The notes below the pieces were generated by a model. That model was given only the letters and a program-made list of their open reading frames with translations. It ran no database searches and was not told the origin of the DNA. DNA of 64,000 nt from a virus, in the IMG/VR virus record IMGVR_UViG_3300049846_002076, positions 9,644 through 73,643 of that record. One strand, written 5' to 3'. Each line of letters opens with the position of its first letter. The stretch's first letter is position 1. Both the position numbers and the translations under genes were made by a program. Positions 63,481 through 64,000 of this stretch are shown one piece after another.

Positions 63481-63840
63481 TTGACGATCAGAAAATACGA
63501 AGGCTGGTATCGCCATCGCGAAACGAACGCCTGCGTCTATGTGAGAAACACCTGCCTGTCGAAAAACGGCGACGAAGTTGGCGCTGCAGTCATGTCGGCA
63601 CAGCTCAGAAACAGCGAGCTCGTCGTGCTCGAAGGAACGCCAATCGTCTTCATCCCGTTCAAGAACTTCAGAGACTACCAGCGCGTGAACGCAGGTGGCG
63701 CCCCCCTGTTCGACGACGAGATGAACACGATCTGGCTGCGCGATGTCGTCACCCGCGAAGACCTGGATCCCGCACACCTCGAGCGACTTGGCATCGAGCA
63801 CATCCCCACCGCGACCGACGAGGACGTCGGCACCTGGTAA
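63481..63840 (+). CDS. Hypothetical protein ending in GTW (TTG start re-called)
   Basis: AAAGGAG RBS before TTG at 63481; ends IPTATDEDVGTW. Confidence 0.72.
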   Translation: MTIRKYEGWYRHRETNACVYVRNTCLSKNGDEVGAAVMSAQLRNSELVVLEGTPIVFIPFKNFRDYQRVNAGGAPLFDDEMNTIWLRDVVTREDLDPAHLERLGIEHIPTATDEDVGTW

Positions 63841-63881
63841 CCTGCAACAAAATGTTCATTAGGTGCGCCAAGGCGCTCTAA

Positions 63882-63930
63882 TGATCAACATAGTGATCAT
63901 TATCCCGCATAGTGATCACTATGTTGATCA
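63882..63930. repeat. 18-bp perfect inverted repeat with a nested 16-bp palindrome
   Basis: TGATCAACATAGTGATCA (63882-63899) and TGATCACTATGTTGATCA (63913-63930); CATAGTGATCACTATG at 63908-63923. Confidence 0.85.
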
Positions 63931-63950
63931 CGGATCCCAGGGCACTTGGC

Positions 63951-64000
63951 GAAGTATAAGGATCGAATCCTACAGGGGCGCCAGGCTGGAAGTATAAGGA
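63951..64000 (+). repeat. Direct repeat GAAGTATAAGGA, 38-bp period, cut by the window edge
   Basis: Copies at 63951-63962 and 63989-64000. Confidence 0.65.

Larger units (their letters stand above)
1..64000. mobile_element. Large siphovirus-type phage or phage-plasmid genome segment (SSU5/pHCM2-like organisation); no boundaries visible
   Basis: Complete head-tail-lysis module plus ligase, primase, helicase, PhoH and ParB-like genes; no host housekeeping operon or integrase in the window. Confidence 0.9.

Noticed and set aside
63951-64000. CRISPR array
   Set aside because: Only two 12-bp copies are visible, the 38-bp period is too short for a repeat plus spacer, and there are no cas genes in the window.
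1-64000. Alternative genetic code or stop-codon reassignment
   Set aside because: Core genes are intact under the standard code, and TAA, TAG and TGA all end coupled genes.

Overview
The window is one continuous stretch of a large, GC-rich tailed phage genome with a siphovirus-type tail. Almost everything is on the minus strand: a ParB/ParB/HExxH/ABC-ATPase/GNAT/wHTH cluster, then terminase, portal, scaffold, capsid, neck and tail genes (with a -1 frameshift chaperone pair), tape measure and lambda M/L/K/I-J-like tip, a 2356-aa fibre with many accessory adhesin and peptidase genes, a lysis cassette, PhoH, an Hfq-like protein, DnaB helicase, primase, ATP-dependent ligase and nucleotide-metabolism genes. 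An XRE regulator at the left end and an SF2 helicase plus hypothetical genes at the right end are on the plus strand. The gene set and order resemble SSU5/pHCM2-type phage-plasmids (inference from memory, no search run). Main findings: (1) four unrelated proteins end in the same Pro/acidic linker plus GTW-COOH tag; (2) a 14-bp palindrome AGTCA-N4-TGACT occurs at about 15-19 gene boundaries, often beside -10 boxes, several apparently driving leaderless mRNAs; (3) a terminase-linked ParB-ABC-GNAT module, a candidate DNA-modification system; (4) a BTLCP protease apparently split into a lipoprotein gene and a catalytic gene; (5) fibre domains duplicated between genes; (6) a nested palindrome and repeat element at the right edge. 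All product calls come from motifs and synteny read by eye.
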